Below, piece by piece: positions 1 through 9,107 of a stretch of DNA of 51,703 bases (position 1 is the first letter of the stretch; each line of letters begins with the position of its first letter). Source of the stretch: an uncultured Mycoplasma sp. (GTDB lineage Bacteria; Bacillota_I; Bacilli_A; RF39; UBA660); assembly GCA_964616405.1 (NCBI GenBank), contig CAZTRE010000005.1, forward strand, positions 1 to 51,703, given 5' to 3'. Position numbers and translations under genes: made by a program. The notes below the pieces were generated by a model. It had not been told where the DNA came from and did not search any database. It was given only the letters and a program-made list of their open reading frames with translations.

Positions 1-59
1 TATGTTAACATAATTTAACTATTTTAAGGTATGCTGTTGCAAAAAATGAGTGAATATAA

Positions 60-88
60 TTGAAAAATTTAAAAAGATGTGATATAAT
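60..88 (+). promoter_or_regulatory. sigma-A-type promoter upstream of ORF 112..594
   Basis: TTGAAA (60-65), 17-nt spacer, TGaTATAAT (80-88). An AAAGGAGAG RBS precedes the ATG at 112. Confidence 0.5.
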
Positions 89-111
89 ATATCAGCCAAA
101 GGAGAGAGAAC

Positions 112-594
112 ATGAAAGAATTAATGGATATACAGGTAATTGAAACTACACGTGGTGGAGTTTTTAGTTTAGATAAAGGATATACTGGTAAGTTATTATT
201 AGGAAGCGATAATTATTTTGAAGGTATAGTTAGAGATCATAGAACTGTTAGTGATTATAGTCTTATTTTTGGACAGTTATATGAAAATGGAGATATTAAT
301 TTTATGAAAGTAGCTCCTAACGATGAAAGAGTGGCAAGACAAGTTGTTGTTGGTACAATTGATGGTGTTTATGTTGGACAAAGTTTTTGTAAAAGCAGTA
401 AATTTGAGTATGCGGATTGTGGATTACGAGTAAATGTTTCAAAAGCCGAGATAATTCGAGATGTCGAAGAAGATGAGGTTAATAAGTTATCTTCTATGAT
501 TAAAGAGTTTGAAACTAAATTAGGTGAAGAAGGAAGAAAATTTCTTGCTTGTGAATATAAGCCGGCAACTCCTAAAAAAAATGTAAAACGATAG
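112..594 (+). CDS. hypothetical protein (160 aa)
   Basis: Long ORF with a good RBS and its own promoter and terminator. No recognisable motif. Confidence 0.6.
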   Translation: MKELMDIQVIETTRGGVFSLDKGYTGKLLLGSDNYFEGIVRDHRTVSDYSLIFGQLYENGDINFMKVAPNDERVARQVVVGTIDGVYVGQSFCKSSKFEYADCGLRVNVSKAEIIRDVEEDEVNKLSSMIKEFETKLGEEGRKFLACEYKPATPKKNVKR

Positions 595-610
595 TGTTTT
601 ACGTTTTTTT
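583..610 (+). terminator. rho-independent terminator overlapping the stop of ORF 112..594
   Basis: GTAAAAC/GTTTTAC 7-bp stem (583-589 / 596-602) followed by a T7 run (604-610). Confidence 0.5.
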
Positions 611-630
611 GTGATAAAATGTAGGTGTAT

Positions 631-706
631 GCCGATTTAGCTCAGTTGGTAGAGCAACTCCCTCGTAACGAGTAGGTCGAAGGTTCAAGTCCTTTAATCG
701 GCACCA
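631..706 (+). tRNA. tRNA-Thr (anticodon CGT), CCA encoded
   Basis: Folded by hand into a 76-nt cloverleaf: acceptor GCCGATT/AATCGGC, D arm GCTC-AGTTGGTA-GAGC, anticodon loop CTCGTAA, T arm GAAGG-TTCAAGT-CCTTT, 3' ACCA. Confidence 0.9.
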
Positions 707-715
707 GATTGAAAG

Positions 716-750
716 AAAACTCGAGCTTTTATGCTTTGAGTTTTAATATA
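716..750 (+). terminator. terminator after tRNA-Thr
   Basis: AAAACTCGAG / TTTGAGTTTT stem containing G-U pairs, followed by a T-rich tail. Confidence 0.4.
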
Positions 751-853
751 CATAAATTTATGTTACAATATTTATAGATTTAAATTTGTTTATGTTAAAC
801 AAAAAGTGCTTTATATTGACGTAATATAAAAAATTATGAAAGGGATCAAAATT

Positions 854-1807
854 ATGAATGAAAAAGTAATAATTAAAGCTATTAATAAAAGTAATCTGTT
901 AAAAGCAATAGTAGATTATATGGAATCAGAAAAAATTGAATATAGTGTTCAAGAAAAATTGTTAAAAACATGTGATGCAAAAAAAATTATTTATATTGAA
1001 GAAGATGAAGGACAATGTATTGAAGATTGTTTTAATAATAAAAACATGTCTTTTATTGTAGTAAGTGGTAAAAAAAGAGTTATTGATTCAAAGGCAAACG
1101 TTAATTATATTATTACAAATTTAGTTTATGATAAAAATGATTATACAGATGTTCAAAAGGAGTATTTGTGTAAGAAGGGAATATACCATGTTTTTCTAGA
1201 AAAGCTTGATGAACTATTAGTAAATGTTAATAATTATAATGAAATGATATATGATCTTACAGAATTGAAACCAATGCCTAATAATTGGATCTTTAATTTT
1301 GATTCTATTAACGACACATATAGTTGGCTATTAAAAAAGGAAAAAAAGTTATCAAATAATTTTGTTCGAAAAATAATTAATTTTTATAATGATAAAATAT
1401 ATGATGACTCTCTACGCGAAATTAATTACTTAACCGAAAAATTAACACAAATAAAAAGTGGGAAAAAGATTGTTGATATATTTGTATGTAGTAAAGAGGA
1501 ATTAAAAAAATTTGAAGAAAATTATTTCTTTAAATTGCTTATAAAAAATATATGTTCTACATATAAAGTTTATTTAATTGATAAAAATAAATTATTGGTA
1601 AATGATAATGAGTTAGCTTTGAAATTAATGGATGGAATAATAATTTATAATGATTGTGTGTATAAAGATACTTATGATGATGAATTATCATTAGGCTATG
1701 TTGACTGTAGTGAAAGCACTATTAAAGAATATAATAAATATTTTGATTATATTTTGAAAGAATATTGTGTTGAAATAAAGAGTGAGAGTGATTTGCATGA
1801 ATTTTAA
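854..1807 (+). CDS. hypothetical protein (Asn/Lys/Ile-rich, ~317 aa); alternative start at 836
   Basis: Long ORF. The ATG at 854 has an AAAGGGA 8 nt upstream, while the ATG at 836 has no SD. The 3' end overlaps the next gene by 11 nt. Confidence 0.55.
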   Translation: MNEKVIIKAINKSNLLKAIVDYMESEKIEYSVQEKLLKTCDAKKIIYIEEDEGQCIEDCFNNKNMSFIVVSGKKRVIDSKANVNYIITNLVYDKNDYTDVQKEYLCKKGIYHVFLEKLDELLVNVNNYNEMIYDLTELKPMPNNWIFNFDSINDTYSWLLKKEKKLSNNFVRKIINFYNDKIYDDSLREINYLTEKLTQIKSGKKIVDIFVCSKEELKKFEENYFFKLLIKNICSTYKVYLIDKNKLLVNDNELALKLMDGIIIYNDCVYKDTYDDELSLGYVDCSESTIKEYNKYFDYILKEYCVEIKSESDLHEF

Positions 1808-2543
1808 GGGAAAAGTTGTCTTAGTAACAGGATCTTCACGTGGGATAGGAAGAAGTATTGCGGTTAAATTTGCTAAAGAAGGTGCTACTGTAATTATTAA
1901 TTATCGAAGTAATGAAAATGAGGCTAAAGCAATAACAGAAATAATTTCTAGTTATGTTAGTGATTGTATGTGTATTCAAGCAGACGTTTCTAAGGAAAAA
2001 GATGTAAAAAGAATGATTAATACAATTATAGAAAGATATGGACATATTGATATACTTGTAAATAATGCAGGTATAGCAATTGATAATGATTTTCAAAATC
2101 GACATGTTAAAGATTGGCAAGAAACAATTAATACTAATTTAATTGGCGTCTTTTTAACTTCAAAATATGCTGGAAAACATATGTTAGAAAATCAGTATGG
2201 TAAAATTATTAATATTTCATCAACTAATGGAATAGATACAATTTATCCATATAGTATAGATTATGATGCCTCTAAAGCAGGACTTATAAATATGACAAAG
2301 AATTTGGCTATAGAGTTTTCACCTGTAATTAATGTTAATGCAGTTGCTCCTGGATGGGTTGATACTGGTATGAATGATGATTTATCTAAAAGTTATTTAA
2401 AAACAGAGATGGAAAAAACTTTACTTAAGAGATTCGCCGAACCAGAGGAGATAGCAAATGTTGTATTATTTTTAGCGTCTGATTTAGCTCGTTATATTGA
2501 TGGAGAAACTATTAGAGTTGATGGTGGATTAAAAATTGAATAG
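1797..2543 (+). CDS. short-chain dehydrogenase/reductase, FabG-like 3-oxoacyl reductase family
   Basis: TGSSRGIGRSIA cofactor-binding motif, NNAG, S...YxxSK (YDASKAG), PGWVDT. Length is typical of classical SDRs. The start was moved to MNFKGKVVLVTG. Confidence 0.85.
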   Translation: MNFKGKVVLVTGSSRGIGRSIAVKFAKEGATVIINYRSNENEAKAITEIISSYVSDCMCIQADVSKEKDVKRMINTIIERYGHIDILVNNAGIAIDNDFQNRHVKDWQETINTNLIGVFLTSKYAGKHMLENQYGKIINISSTNGIDTIYPYSIDYDASKAGLINMTKNLAIEFSPVINVNAVAPGWVDTGMNDDLSKSYLKTEMEKTLLKRFAEPEEIANVVLFLASDLARYIDGETIRVDGGLKIE

Positions 2544-2594
2544 TAGTGCTGATGTATAAATTTTCAAAAGGCACTGAATTTATAGGTATTAAAG

Positions 2595-2630
2595 AAAACC
2601 ACTAGTTTGTGAATTGAACTAGTGGTTTTT
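2595..2630. terminator. bidirectional terminator between convergent genes
   Basis: AAAACCACTAGTT ... AACTAGTGGTTTT perfect 13-bp inverted repeat flanked by A and T runs. Confidence 0.75.
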
Positions 2631-2677
2631 GTATTATTGTTAAATATAAAGTTTACTTTATTATCTAATTCGTTTTA

Positions 2678-3235
2678 TTATTTTTTAATAGGATTACATT
2701 GTTGCTTACTTTCGCCTTTTTTATCTACAGTTTGATCTTTAAAGTAACCTGCAAATTTTACAAAATAATCTTCTACTTCTTCTACAGTTGTTTGTTCGTT
2801 TATAGGCATTCTCAAAAATATAGCTTCTGTTGAAGAATCTTGCCATGGATACAATAAGACCATATGTCTTTTTTCAAATTCAATTAATTTTTCATCTATT
2901 TCTATATTTTGGGGAACGTTTTCTTCACCTAATACTTGTTTTATAAAATCATAATCAAAAATTCCTGTTCTTAAAGAGAATTCTATATTGCCTTTCATTT
3001 CGGTTGGATGTACGAACCAGATTGTTTTTGGTCCAACTTCTTCCTCCAATTGGAATGCTAAGTCTTTATTTTCGTTGGATAGGTTGTTAAAGTTAAGCAT
3101 CAGCCATGCATATCCTTTGCCAGCATCTAGAAAGGTATGATTTTCAAATGCTTTTTCGATTGTACCATAAATATCTTCTTTTTCTAGAGCCGTTTCGCCT
3201 GCTTTTGTAATATTATTTCTATTAGCGCTACTCAT
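2678..3235 (-). CDS. hypothetical protein; the frame stays open upstream to 3382 without a start codon (see findings)
   Basis: 185-aa ORF from the first ATG, which has only a weak SD. 49 further in-frame sense codons lie upstream. A strong AAGGAG+ATG (3381) sits in a different frame. Confidence 0.55.
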   Translation of the reverse strand: MSSANRNNITKAGETALEKEDIYGTIEKAFENHTFLDAGKGYAWLMLNFNNLSNENKDLAFQLEEEVGPKTIWFVHPTEMKGNIEFSLRTGIFDYDFIKQVLGEENVPQNIEIDEKLIEFEKRHMVLLYPWQDSSTEAIFLRMPINEQTTVEEVEDYFVKFAGYFKDQTVDKKGESKQQCNPIKK

Positions 3236-3711
3236 TACAGTTTGTATTCCTTTTTGTTTGAATATTTTACAGGCTTTTCTTAATGGTAATTCTATTATTT
3301 CATCTATTATATCTGTGGTCTCATCTTGTTTTAATAAATTAACAGCAGCGTATTTATTGGTGCAATTTCGCTTATTAACATTTTAATTCTCCTTTTATAA
3401 AATATTTTCTATTTTAAACTATTTAGTTGTGTTTAGAGTCAAATAACTTTATTTATTTACATAATATCTAACTTTATTTTAATTATACTCTTAATTGACA
3501 AATAAGAAAATATGAATATTTTATTTCTAAATATATTTTTATTATAAATTAGTGTTTTTGTTTTATTATTACATTTTTTGTAATCTTATGTTTTGATTTA
3601 CTATTCTTTTTTGAATATAAATTAGCAATTTTTATTATAAAATTATTAGGAAAAAATTGGTATTATTATTTTTTTAATAATGATTGATACTAATAATGAA
3701 AAGTGATTTTT

Positions 3712-3740
3712 TTGACTTTTTTGGATATTTGTGGTATAAT
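3712..3740 (+). promoter_or_regulatory. near-consensus sigma-A promoter of the NlpC/P60 gene
   Basis: TTGACT (3712-3717), 17-nt spacer, TGgTATAAT (3732-3740). A CGCGA-catc-TCGCG hairpin (3751-3764) lies in the short leader. Confidence 0.65.
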
Positions 3741-3778
3741 CTTATTCGTTCGCGACATCTCGCGGAAGGGAGAAATTT

Positions 3779-4747
3779 ATGAAAGCAAATGATGTTCCCC
3801 GATGGGGAAAGAGATATTTTATAATTACTCTTTTATTTGTTATTATAGTTGGAATTTATGCTTTAAGATGTAGTATCATTTATGAGAGTATTGATGTAAA
3901 GGTAACAAAAAATGCAAAAATAGAATATGGTTCAGCTAATTATAAAGTTGAAGATTTAATAGATAAAATTTCTGGTGATAAGATTAATATTGTTAAAGAT
4001 GTTAATACTAGTGTTGTCGGAAAACAAAAAATTATTTTAGAAGTAACAAAAAGTAATGTTACAAAGGAAATACCTATTAAGGTAGAAGTAGTTGATAGTG
4101 AGGCTCCTGAAATTAACGTAAAAGAGGAAGTTGTTTATGTTAATAACGGATTTTCATATGATTTAAATGAAAATATTGCTAGTGTAGTAGATATTGTTGA
4201 TGGAAACTTAGAATATATAGCTAATGATAAAGTAAATGATAAATCAAGAAATTATTATACTATTTCTGATTTTGATTCTAATACTGATGGAGAACAAGAA
4301 GTAGAAATTAAGGCCGTTGATAAATATGGTAATATTTCTATTAAGAATTTCATAGTAAAGGTTATTAGTAATGGTAAAGAAAAAACAATTTCAAATATTG
4401 CCTATTCTTTAGTAGGAAGTCCTTATGTTTCTGGTGGTAATTCACCAGCAGGATTTGATTGTAGTGGATTTGTTCAATATGTTTATGCCTGTGCAGGCCT
4501 TAAAGTAAGTCGAAGCGCTTCAACACAACTTTATGATGGATATGAAGTTGCTTATAGTAATATAAGAGTTGGAGATATAATTGTTTGGGGATATGGTAGT
4601 GATGCTATTACTCATACGGCAATTTATGTTGGTAATGGATTGATGATTCATGCGGCTACACCAGCAGAAGGTGTAGTTGTTAATCAAGTGGCCGGATGGG
4701 GTGCATATAGTGGTGTACATATTGTATCTGTTAGGCGAATGAAATAA
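3779..4747 (+). CDS. membrane-anchored cell-wall hydrolase with a C-terminal NlpC/P60 domain and Ig-like (DUF5011-like) repeats
   Basis: N-terminal TM helix (YFIITLLFVIIVGIYAL). C-terminal GSPYVSGGNSPAGFDCSGFVQYVY ... THTAIYVGNGLMIHAA, giving the NlpC/P60 Cys/His signature. Confidence 0.85.
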   Translation: MKANDVPRWGKRYFIITLLFVIIVGIYALRCSIIYESIDVKVTKNAKIEYGSANYKVEDLIDKISGDKINIVKDVNTSVVGKQKIILEVTKSNVTKEIPIKVEVVDSEAPEINVKEEVVYVNNGFSYDLNENIASVVDIVDGNLEYIANDKVNDKSRNYYTISDFDSNTDGEQEVEIKAVDKYGNISIKNFIVKVISNGKEKTISNIAYSLVGSPYVSGGNSPAGFDCSGFVQYVYACAGLKVSRSASTQLYDGYEVAYSNIRVGDIIVWGYGSDAITHTAIYVGNGLMIHAATPAEGVVVNQVAGWGAYSGVHIVSVRRMK

Positions 4748-4800
4748 AATATGTATATTTTTCCTATTTGTGGTTAATGCTATTTATAGGAGGAGATATT

Positions 4801-5001
4801 ATGGAGACACTTCAAAAAGTGTTATTAGTTATTACTATAATCGGAGCAGTAAACTGGGGATTAATTGGTTTATTAGACTTTGATTTAGTTGCTATGATAT
4901 TTGGCGCTGGTACTTTATTTACAAGAATTATTTATACTTTAGTTGGTATCTGTGGTCTTGTTAATATTGGTATCTTATTTAACCATATAGAAGCAAAATA
5001 A
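4801..5001 (+). CDS. DUF378 family small membrane protein
   Basis: METLQKVLLVITIIGAVNWGLIGLLDFDLVAMIFG... matches the DUF378 pattern (NWGLxG). A GGAGGAG RBS precedes the ATG at 4801. Confidence 0.75.
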   Translation: METLQKVLLVITIIGAVNWGLIGLLDFDLVAMIFGAGTLFTRIIYTLVGICGLVNIGILFNHIEAK

Positions 5002-5006
5002 CGATT

Positions 5007-5029
5007 AAAGACTTCGGTCTTTTTTTTTG
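5007..5029 (+). terminator. rho-independent terminator
   Basis: AAAGAC-ttcg-GTCTTT hairpin followed by a T9 run. Confidence 0.7.
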
Positions 5030-5200
5030 ACTTTTTTATTCAGTAGGTTGATAAATTGAATTAAAAATGTTATCATATATATTGATAATAGAAATAATGT
5101 TGGGTCATTTTATGTTTATTAATGAATCTAACAATATTATCGAAATTGGAATATGATTTGTATAGACAAAGTGTAATATGCAGAAGGTGAGGATGATGCG

Positions 5201-6031
5201 ATGTCAATAACAATTACAGATATACTAACCATTATTAGAAAATTATGTGATATATTTTTAGTTTGGTTTGTATTTTATTATATTTTAAAAAATATTAAAA
5301 ATAATGTTAAGCTTTCTATGTTATTTAAGGGAGTAGCTTTTATAATAATTTTAAAACTTGTCAGTGATAAATGTGGATTTGTTACAATAGGTGTTTTACT
5401 TGATTATATTATTCAATGGGGTCCTATTGCATTAATTGTTATTTTTCAACCTGAAATTAGAAATGTTCTTGAACAATTAGGTCGTACTCAGTTACTTGGA
5501 CGTCATAAGGTGTTAACAGTTGATGAACGTGAAAGAATGGTTTATGAAATGATTAATGCTATCGATTATTTAAGAAAAGAAAGAATAGGTGCATTAATAG
5601 TAATTGAAAGAGATATCAGTTTAGGAAATTATATTGATAAAGCTAAAAAATTATATGCAGATTTAACTAGTGATTTATTAATTGCTATATTTTATGAGGG
5701 TAATCCATTACATGATGGAGGAGTTATTATCCAAGGTGATAGAATTACGTGTGCTGGAGCAGTTTTCCCAACTAGCAATAGTCCAAAATTAAATAAGAGA
5801 TTAGGTACTCGTCATAGAGCGGCATTAGGATTAGCAGAAGAAACTGATGCAATTTGTATTGTTGTTTCTGAAGAGACTGGTAGAGTATCAATTGCTGTAA
5901 AAGGTGAAATGCTTTATAATTTAACACTTGATGATGTTAGAATGATGTTAATAGATGAGTTAAAACCAAAACAAGACGTAGAATTTGAAGAAGATGAAGA
6001 AGAGGAAGATATATATGAAGAAGATATTTAA
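5201..6031 (+). CDS. cdaA: diadenylate cyclase CdaA (DisA_N/DAC domain, three N-terminal TM helices)
   Basis: DGGVIIQGDRITCAGAVFP ... RLGTRHRAALGLAEETDAICIVVSEETGRVSIA. Unusually acidic C-terminal tail (EFEEDEEEEDIYEEDI). Confidence 0.92.
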   Translation: MSITITDILTIIRKLCDIFLVWFVFYYILKNIKNNVKLSMLFKGVAFIIILKLVSDKCGFVTIGVLLDYIIQWGPIALIVIFQPEIRNVLEQLGRTQLLGRHKVLTVDERERMVYEMINAIDYLRKERIGALIVIERDISLGNYIDKAKKLYADLTSDLLIAIFYEGNPLHDGGVIIQGDRITCAGAVFPTSNSPKLNKRLGTRHRAALGLAEETDAICIVVSEETGRVSIAVKGEMLYNLTLDDVRMMLIDELKPKQDVEFEEDEEEEDIYEEDI

Positions 6032-7373
6032 GCAAATAGGTAAGTTTTTTTATCATATCGGATTATTCTTCGATAAGTGGTTAATAACTCCTATTACAAA
6101 ATTAATATTGATAGTAATGAATTTTTTTAAAAACAATTCCAAAAATATTGATAAGTTTATTGGTAAAAAGTCAACTTTATTAGTTATAAGTTTGATTTTA
6201 GCCGGGGCAACATTTGTTATTGTTGATCAAGAATCAAATGTTATGATTGATCAATATGCGGAGATTTTATATAATCAACAAGTTACAGCTGTTTATAATG
6301 AAGAATTATATGTAGTTGAAGGGTTACCAAAAACTGTTGATATTACATTAATTGGTCAAAGAAGACATGTTTTCTTAGCCAAACAATCGCCATCTAAAGG
6401 AGTGTCTGTTGATTTAACTGGACTTAAGCCAGGAAATCATAAAGTAACGTTGAAATATACGCAGAGATTAAAGTCATTAGACTATAGACTTGATCCCTCA
6501 ACTGTTACTGTTACTATTTATGAAAAGGTTAGTGATACACGTAGTTTAACTTATGATGTATTACATAAAGATAGTTTAGATAAAAAGTTATATATAAGTG
6601 ATATTGAATTAGATAGAACTGATGTAATTATTAAAGGCGCTGAATATAAATTAGATCAAGTTGCTTCAGTTAAAGCGTTGATTGATATTAATGAAATTCC
6701 AAATCCTAAAGCTGGTGAACTTGAACTTAAAGAGGTGCCACTTGTTGCTTATGATACTAATGGTAAAGTTTTAAATGATGTTGAAATTGTTCCTAAGACA
6801 GTAAAAGCTAAGATTACCATTACTTCACCAAGTAAAGAAGTACCAATTAAAGTTGTACCTGAAGGAAAACTTGCTTTTGGTAAGTCAATTAAATCTATGG
6901 AATTAAGTACATCAACTATAACTGTTTATGGTGAACAGGATGCTATTGATAAGATTGAACAATTAGAGGTTTCTATTGATACTGATGGTTTAGATGAGGA
7001 TAAGGAATACCATGTTACATTGAAGAAACCTAATGGTATTACTGATTTAAGTATAAAAACATTGACAATTAAGGTAATATTAGATAATTCAATCAGTAAG
7101 GAATTTGAAGACTTGTCAATTCAATTTAGAAATTTAGGACCTAATTTTAAGGTTCAAGCATTAACTGATGATGATAGAAAAGTAAATGTTGTTGTTTCAG
7201 GTAGTGCTGATGTTGTGGATAAGATTGAGGCTTCGTCTATTAAGCCATATATTGATTTAAAAGATTATGGTGTAGGTGAACATGAAGTAGTTGTTAAAGT
7301 TACTGGTGATGACTTGAAACTACATTATGAATCTAAGACTAAAAAAGTTAAAATAAGAATTACAGAGAAATAG
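6015..7373 (+). CDS. cdaR: CdaA regulatory protein CdaR (YbbR-like repeat protein)
   Basis: Overlaps the cdaA stop by 17 nt. N-terminal TM helix followed by repeated beta-rich YbbR-type modules. Positionally conserved partner of cdaA. Confidence 0.8.
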   Translation: MKKIFKQIGKFFYHIGLFFDKWLITPITKLILIVMNFFKNNSKNIDKFIGKKSTLLVISLILAGATFVIVDQESNVMIDQYAEILYNQQVTAVYNEELYVVEGLPKTVDITLIGQRRHVFLAKQSPSKGVSVDLTGLKPGNHKVTLKYTQRLKSLDYRLDPSTVTVTIYEKVSDTRSLTYDVLHKDSLDKKLYISDIELDRTDVIIKGAEYKLDQVASVKALIDINEIPNPKAGELELKEVPLVAYDTNGKVLNDVEIVPKTVKAKITITSPSKEVPIKVVPEGKLAFGKSIKSMELSTSTITVYGEQDAIDKIEQLEVSIDTDGLDEDKEYHVTLKKPNGITDLSIKTLTIKVILDNSISKEFEDLSIQFRNLGPNFKVQALTDDDRKVNVVVSGSADVVDKIEASSIKPYIDLKDYGVGEHEVVVKVTGDDLKLHYESKTKKVKIRITEK

Positions 7374-7394
7374 TTTAAGACTATTTCTTTTTTT
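7367..7394 (+). terminator. terminator overlapping the cdaR stop codon
   Basis: GAAATAGT-ttaag-ACTATTTC 8-bp stem followed by a T7 run. Confidence 0.65.
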
Positions 7395-7450
7395 GGAATA
7401 AATAATTTATCCATAAATATAATTTAATAGAAATATTTGTGGGGTGAACT

Positions 7451-8437
7451 ATGAAAAAAATATTATTAGTTTTATGCTCTTTTGTATTTTTGTTAAGTGG
7501 ATGTGGAAAAGTTAGTGAAAATGATATAGTTAAAGAAGTAAAGAATAATATTAAAAAGAGTTATTTGTTGTCAGGCGATTTATCGATTTTAAATAATGAT
7601 GAAGTTTATAATTATGATGTGGAGGTTAGTTATAAACAGGATAGATTTTACAAAGTAGTTTTAACTAATACAAGTAACGATTATACGCAAGTAATATTAA
7701 AAAATAGTGAAGGTGTATATATTTTGACTCCATCATTAAACAAGAGTTTTAAGTTTCAAAGTGATTGGCCATATAATAATTCGCAAATTTACTTATTGGA
7801 AGCTTTGATGAATGATATTGAAAGTGATAGTAAAAGAAAATTTAAAGAAGAAGATGGGAAATATATTTTTGAAACTAAGGTTAATTATCCAAATAATAGT
7901 AATTTAAAGAATCAAAAGATTGTTTTTAATAAAAACTTGGAGATTGAAGAGGTAAAAGTATATGATGCGAATGAGACTATAAGAATGGAATTTGATATTG
8001 AAGATATTGATTATTCACCAACGTTTAAGAAAAATTATTTTGAAGTTGACAATGTAATGCGTACTTTTGGGGAAGATGAAGCTGTGGCAAGTTCTAGTTT
8101 AGATGAATCTATTTTTCCGTTATTTTTGCCTAGTGGTACTAAATTAAGTAATAGTGAAAAAATTATAATGGATGAGGGAGAACGTATTATAATGACCTTT
8201 GATGGGGATAAGCCATTTTTATTAGTAGAAGAAACTGCTAATGTAATGGATGAGTTTACGGTAATTCCAACTTATGGAGAACCATATATGTTAATGGACA
8301 CATTGGGAGTAATGACTAATAATTCATTATCATGGACTAGTGGTGGTATTGATTATTACTTAGTTAGTGAAGTTATGGAAAAAGATGAATTGGTTGAAAT
8401 TGCTCAATCTATAAGTAATATTCCTACCCTTAAATAG
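7451..8437 (+). CDS. lipoprotein, possibly LolA-like/DUF4367-type
   Basis: Signal peptide with lipobox LLSGC. The family guess rests on the general N-terminal beta-rich half and the C-terminal SLSWTSGGIDYYLVSE...DELVEIAQSI pattern. Confidence 0.6.
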   Translation: MKKILLVLCSFVFLLSGCGKVSENDIVKEVKNNIKKSYLLSGDLSILNNDEVYNYDVEVSYKQDRFYKVVLTNTSNDYTQVILKNSEGVYILTPSLNKSFKFQSDWPYNNSQIYLLEALMNDIESDSKRKFKEEDGKYIFETKVNYPNNSNLKNQKIVFNKNLEIEEVKVYDANETIRMEFDIEDIDYSPTFKKNYFEVDNVMRTFGEDEAVASSSLDESIFPLFLPSGTKLSNSEKIIMDEGERIIMTFDGDKPFLLVEETANVMDEFTVIPTYGEPYMLMDTLGVMTNNSLSWTSGGIDYYLVSEVMEKDELVEIAQSISNIPTLK

Positions 8438-8487
8438 TCTTTACCTGAATTTTCCTTTGTGCTATAATAAATTCGTGGTGATTAAAG

Positions 8488-9015
8488 ATGGCAAAAAGTA
8501 AAAATGTTAAAAATAAAAGTAGGAAAAAGGCTGAAAGTAAAAAAATTGATGAAGTAACAATGAACAATTCCAATGAAGTATATACGTTATTAAAGATTTT
8601 ATTTGGAGTTTTAGTTGTTTTAGGGGCTTTCTATCTTATTACTATTTTAGCAACTGGTAAAGATATTAAAAAAGAGAAAGTAGAAGCAGCTATTCAATAT
8701 GAAGAAATACTTGCAGGGACCTCTTTTACGCAAAGAGAAGACGAATATATAGTTGTATATTATGACTTTAGTGACACTTCTATGTCTAGTGTTTCTTCAG
8801 CGATTACAGATTATAGTGTTAACGGAAGTAAAACAATTTATACAGTTGATATGAGTGCAGGATTTAATCAGAAGTTCAAGGGTACTAAGGCAAATGAGAA
8901 TCCAGAGAGTGTAGATGAACTTTCTATAGCTGAGACTACTTTAATTGTATTTAAAGATGGTAAAGTAGTTAAATATATTGAAGGCAGTGACGAAGTAATT
9001 AGTAATTTAAAGTAA
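8488..9015 (+). CDS. membrane-anchored protein of unknown function (possibly a thioredoxin-like fold without CxxC)
   Basis: Lys-rich N-terminus, one TM helix (LLKILFGVLVVLGAFYLITILA), then a ~110-aa extracytoplasmic domain. Confidence 0.55.
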   Translation: MAKSKNVKNKSRKKAESKKIDEVTMNNSNEVYTLLKILFGVLVVLGAFYLITILATGKDIKKEKVEAAIQYEEILAGTSFTQREDEYIVVYYDFSDTSMSSVSSAITDYSVNGSKTIYTVDMSAGFNQKFKGTKANENPESVDELSIAETTLIVFKDGKVVKYIEGSDEVISNLK

Positions 9016-9040
9016 AGAGACAGTAAAATGTCTTTTTTTA
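9015..9040 (+). terminator. probable terminator
   Basis: AGACA-gtaaaa-TGTCT short stem followed by a T7 run. Confidence 0.4.
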
Positions 9041-9107
9041 TTTATAATTTGTTCTTTTTAATAAGGGATTATGGTATTATTGATAGTAGTGAGAGAGGAG
9101 GCTTTGT

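Noticed and set aside
1836-2120. Antisense ORFs from the six-frame track that lie inside well-supported genes: 1836..2120, 4520..4720, 11701..11934, 14485..14775, 14800..15102, 15298..15573, 15874..16092, 16513..16698, 20812..21072, 22075..22263, 23068..23280, 24231..24428, 24764..24973.
   Set aside because: Each lies entirely within, and opposite to, a gene with clear family motifs. Their translations are low-complexity Ile/Phe/Asn/Ser strings typical of the reverse strand of AT-rich coding DNA, and they have no RBS.
707-3400. A genomic island integrated at tRNA-Thr.
   Set aside because: There is no integrase or recombinase. I found no direct repeat of the tRNA 3' end downstream. The neighbouring genes (an SDR and hypotheticals) have the same composition as the rest of the window.
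3741-3778. A c-di-AMP (ydaO-type) riboswitch upstream of the NlpC/P60 hydrolase, since such hydrolases are common ydaO targets and cdaA is nearby.
   Set aside because: The leader between the -10 box and the ATG is only ~38 nt, with a single 5-bp GC hairpin. This is far too short for the >100-nt pseudo-symmetric ydaO fold.
5985-6031. The GAA/GAT purine-rich tract at the cdaA/cdaR overlap as a phase-variable simple sequence repeat.
   Set aside because: The tract is imperfect, with no uninterrupted unit repeated enough times to slip. It simply encodes the acidic tail of CdaA.
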